From IMG/VR virus record IMGVR_UViG_3300045921_000267, positions 5,100 through 69,099 of that record: a DNA stretch of 64,000 nucleotides; one strand, given 5' to 3'. How positions within the stretch are numbered: position 1 is the stretch's first letter; every line of letters starts with the position of its first letter. This document shows, in pieces, positions 63,084 through 64,000 of this stretch. This DNA is from a virus. Under the pieces are notes generated by a model. The model was not told the DNA's origin and ran no database searches. It was given only the letters and a program-made list of their open reading frames with translations. Made by a program: the position numbers and the translations under genes.

Positions 63084-64000
63084 CTACAACGAGTCGTCGC
63101 CGCGAGCACGGCTCGCCTTCATGCCGAACCAGTCGTCGTCGCCATCGTCTTCGTCGTCGCGCTCTTCTTCTTCAAGATCAGTGAGGCCCATCTCGCGCTT
63201 CCACGCGTCATCGGCCAAGCCGTCGTCGGTCGCGCCTACGATGTCGCCGTCCTCGCCAGTCTCTTCACCGTCGCCCATCGCGAACGTGAAGCCACCTGCC
63301 TTGCACGCCTCTTCGGCCATCCACCACGCCATCACCGTGTCGTCGTGCTCGCCGATCCCTTGCAGTTTTCCATCAACGAAGCCGAACTGCGCGCACTCAC
63401 TTTCCCACACCTGCACTTGCTCTTGCGTGTACGGGTCGGAGGAGAACGGGATCGTGTACTTCTCGTTTTCAAGCAAGATGCGCAGCGATGGGATGCCCTT
63501 GTCGAGCGGATTCTTGTTCTGCGCGTGCGTGAGAAACGGCTTCACGGGCAAGTCGGTCGTGCGTCGCATCTCGTCGCTGTAGATGCGCTGGAAGAGGTTC
63601 GCTTCGATGAAGATCAAGTTCGGGTCATAGCGACGCGCGACGCGCTCAATCAAGCCCAACTGCTGGCGGAACGGCAGTCCCTTCGTTCGCACGATGTCTA
63701 CGACGAAGCGTTGTCCGTCCGGTCCCTTCGCGATCACGAAACAGACGGTGTAGTCGGCGCCGACGCTCGCGGAGAGCGCGAGATCCACGCCCATGTACGT
63801 CGTCCAGCCGAGCTGCTTCATCACGCTTCGTTTCGGCCGGAGCGAAAGCGACGGATCATGCAGCGGCGGGAAGAGGTGCGACGGGAAGATCGAGAGGTCG
63901 TCGGTGATGGGCTCGCAGAGAATCTCACGCGCGAACGAAACGCTCCCGATCTCATCGCGCTTGCCGTAGAGCAGCTTCAGCGACCAGCGCTGCGGGAAGA
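63084..64000 (-). CDS. terL: terminase large subunit, C-terminal nuclease part (5' end outside window)
   Basis: Frame open to window edge (FPQRWS..FAREILCEP); MGVDLA..ADYT, IFIEAN.FQ, HDDTVMA. Confidence 0.92.
   Translation of the reverse strand, partial: FPQRWSLKLLYGKRDEIGSVSFAREILCEPITDDLSIFPSHLFPPLHDPSLSLRPKRSVMKQLGWTTYMGVDLALSASVGADYTVCFVIAKGPDGQRFVVDIVRTKGLPFRQQLGLIERVARRYDPNLIFIEANLFQRIYSDEMRRTTDLPVKPFLTHAQNKNPLDKGIPSLRILLENEKYTIPFSSDPYTQEQVQVWESECAQFGFVDGKLQGIGEHDDTVMAWWMAEEACKAGGFTFAMGDGEETGEDGDIVGATDDGLADDAWKREMGLTDLEEEERDDEDDGDDDWFGMKASRARGDDSL

Noticed and set aside
10270-63090. Scattered -10-like hexamers on the minus strand (TATAGA ~10275 and ~12975, TACGAT ~14920, TATACT ~26663, TATGAT ~32440, TAGGAT ~60152 and ~63083)
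   Set aside because: Plausibly promoters, but no consistent -35 or phage-specific consensus could be established by eye, so they were not called individually.
55-63582. Numerous long plus-strand ORFs (e.g. 55-2736, 24949-26667, 33572-35377, 45848-48724)
   Set aside because: Antisense shadows of well-supported minus-strand genes in high-GC DNA; Arg/His-rich translations with no recognisable motifs.
1-64000. tRNA, rRNA, integrase/att sites, introns or inteins
   Set aside because: No convincing cloverleaf, recombinase motif or splicing signature was seen; tRNAscan-SE and HMM searches would be needed to exclude them fully.

Overview
The window is a 64-kb internal segment of a high-GC, contractile-tailed (myovirus-type) dsDNA phage or prophage. 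All credible genes lie on the minus strand; the plus-strand ORFs are antisense shadows. In transcription order (right to left) it contains: (1) a partial terminase large subunit; (2) a ~19-kb head-associated block between terminase and prohead protease, holding the portal, a MuF-zincin fusion, a pyrophosphatase-sigma70 fusion, a 2266-aa zincin-SWI2/SNF2 protein and several unknowns; (3) prohead protease, scaffold and a Herelleviridae (SPO1/Twort/A511)-like major capsid protein; (4) neck, sheath, tube, chaperones with a probable +1 frameshift, tape measure, baseplate, tail fibre and a beta-helix tailspike; (5) a lysis-like membrane cassette with two disrupted reading frames; (6) an iteron-like origin followed by HTH initiator, SF2 helicase, DnaB-like helicase and primase; (7) small early-type genes separated by two near-identical type II hammerhead ribozymes plus a relic copy; (8) a MoxR/CobS AAA+ and vWA/CobT pair and a second, truncated sigma factor. 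The most striking signals are a putative capsid-cargo polyprotein system (recurrent hydrophobic-x-K|[S/A/G] maturation sites at domain boundaries, a shared basic-aromatic hairpin, a shared K/R-hydrophobic strand tag, and a possibly virion-delivered sigma factor) and the hammerhead-punctuated early operon. All assignments come from motif recognition by eye; no database search was run.
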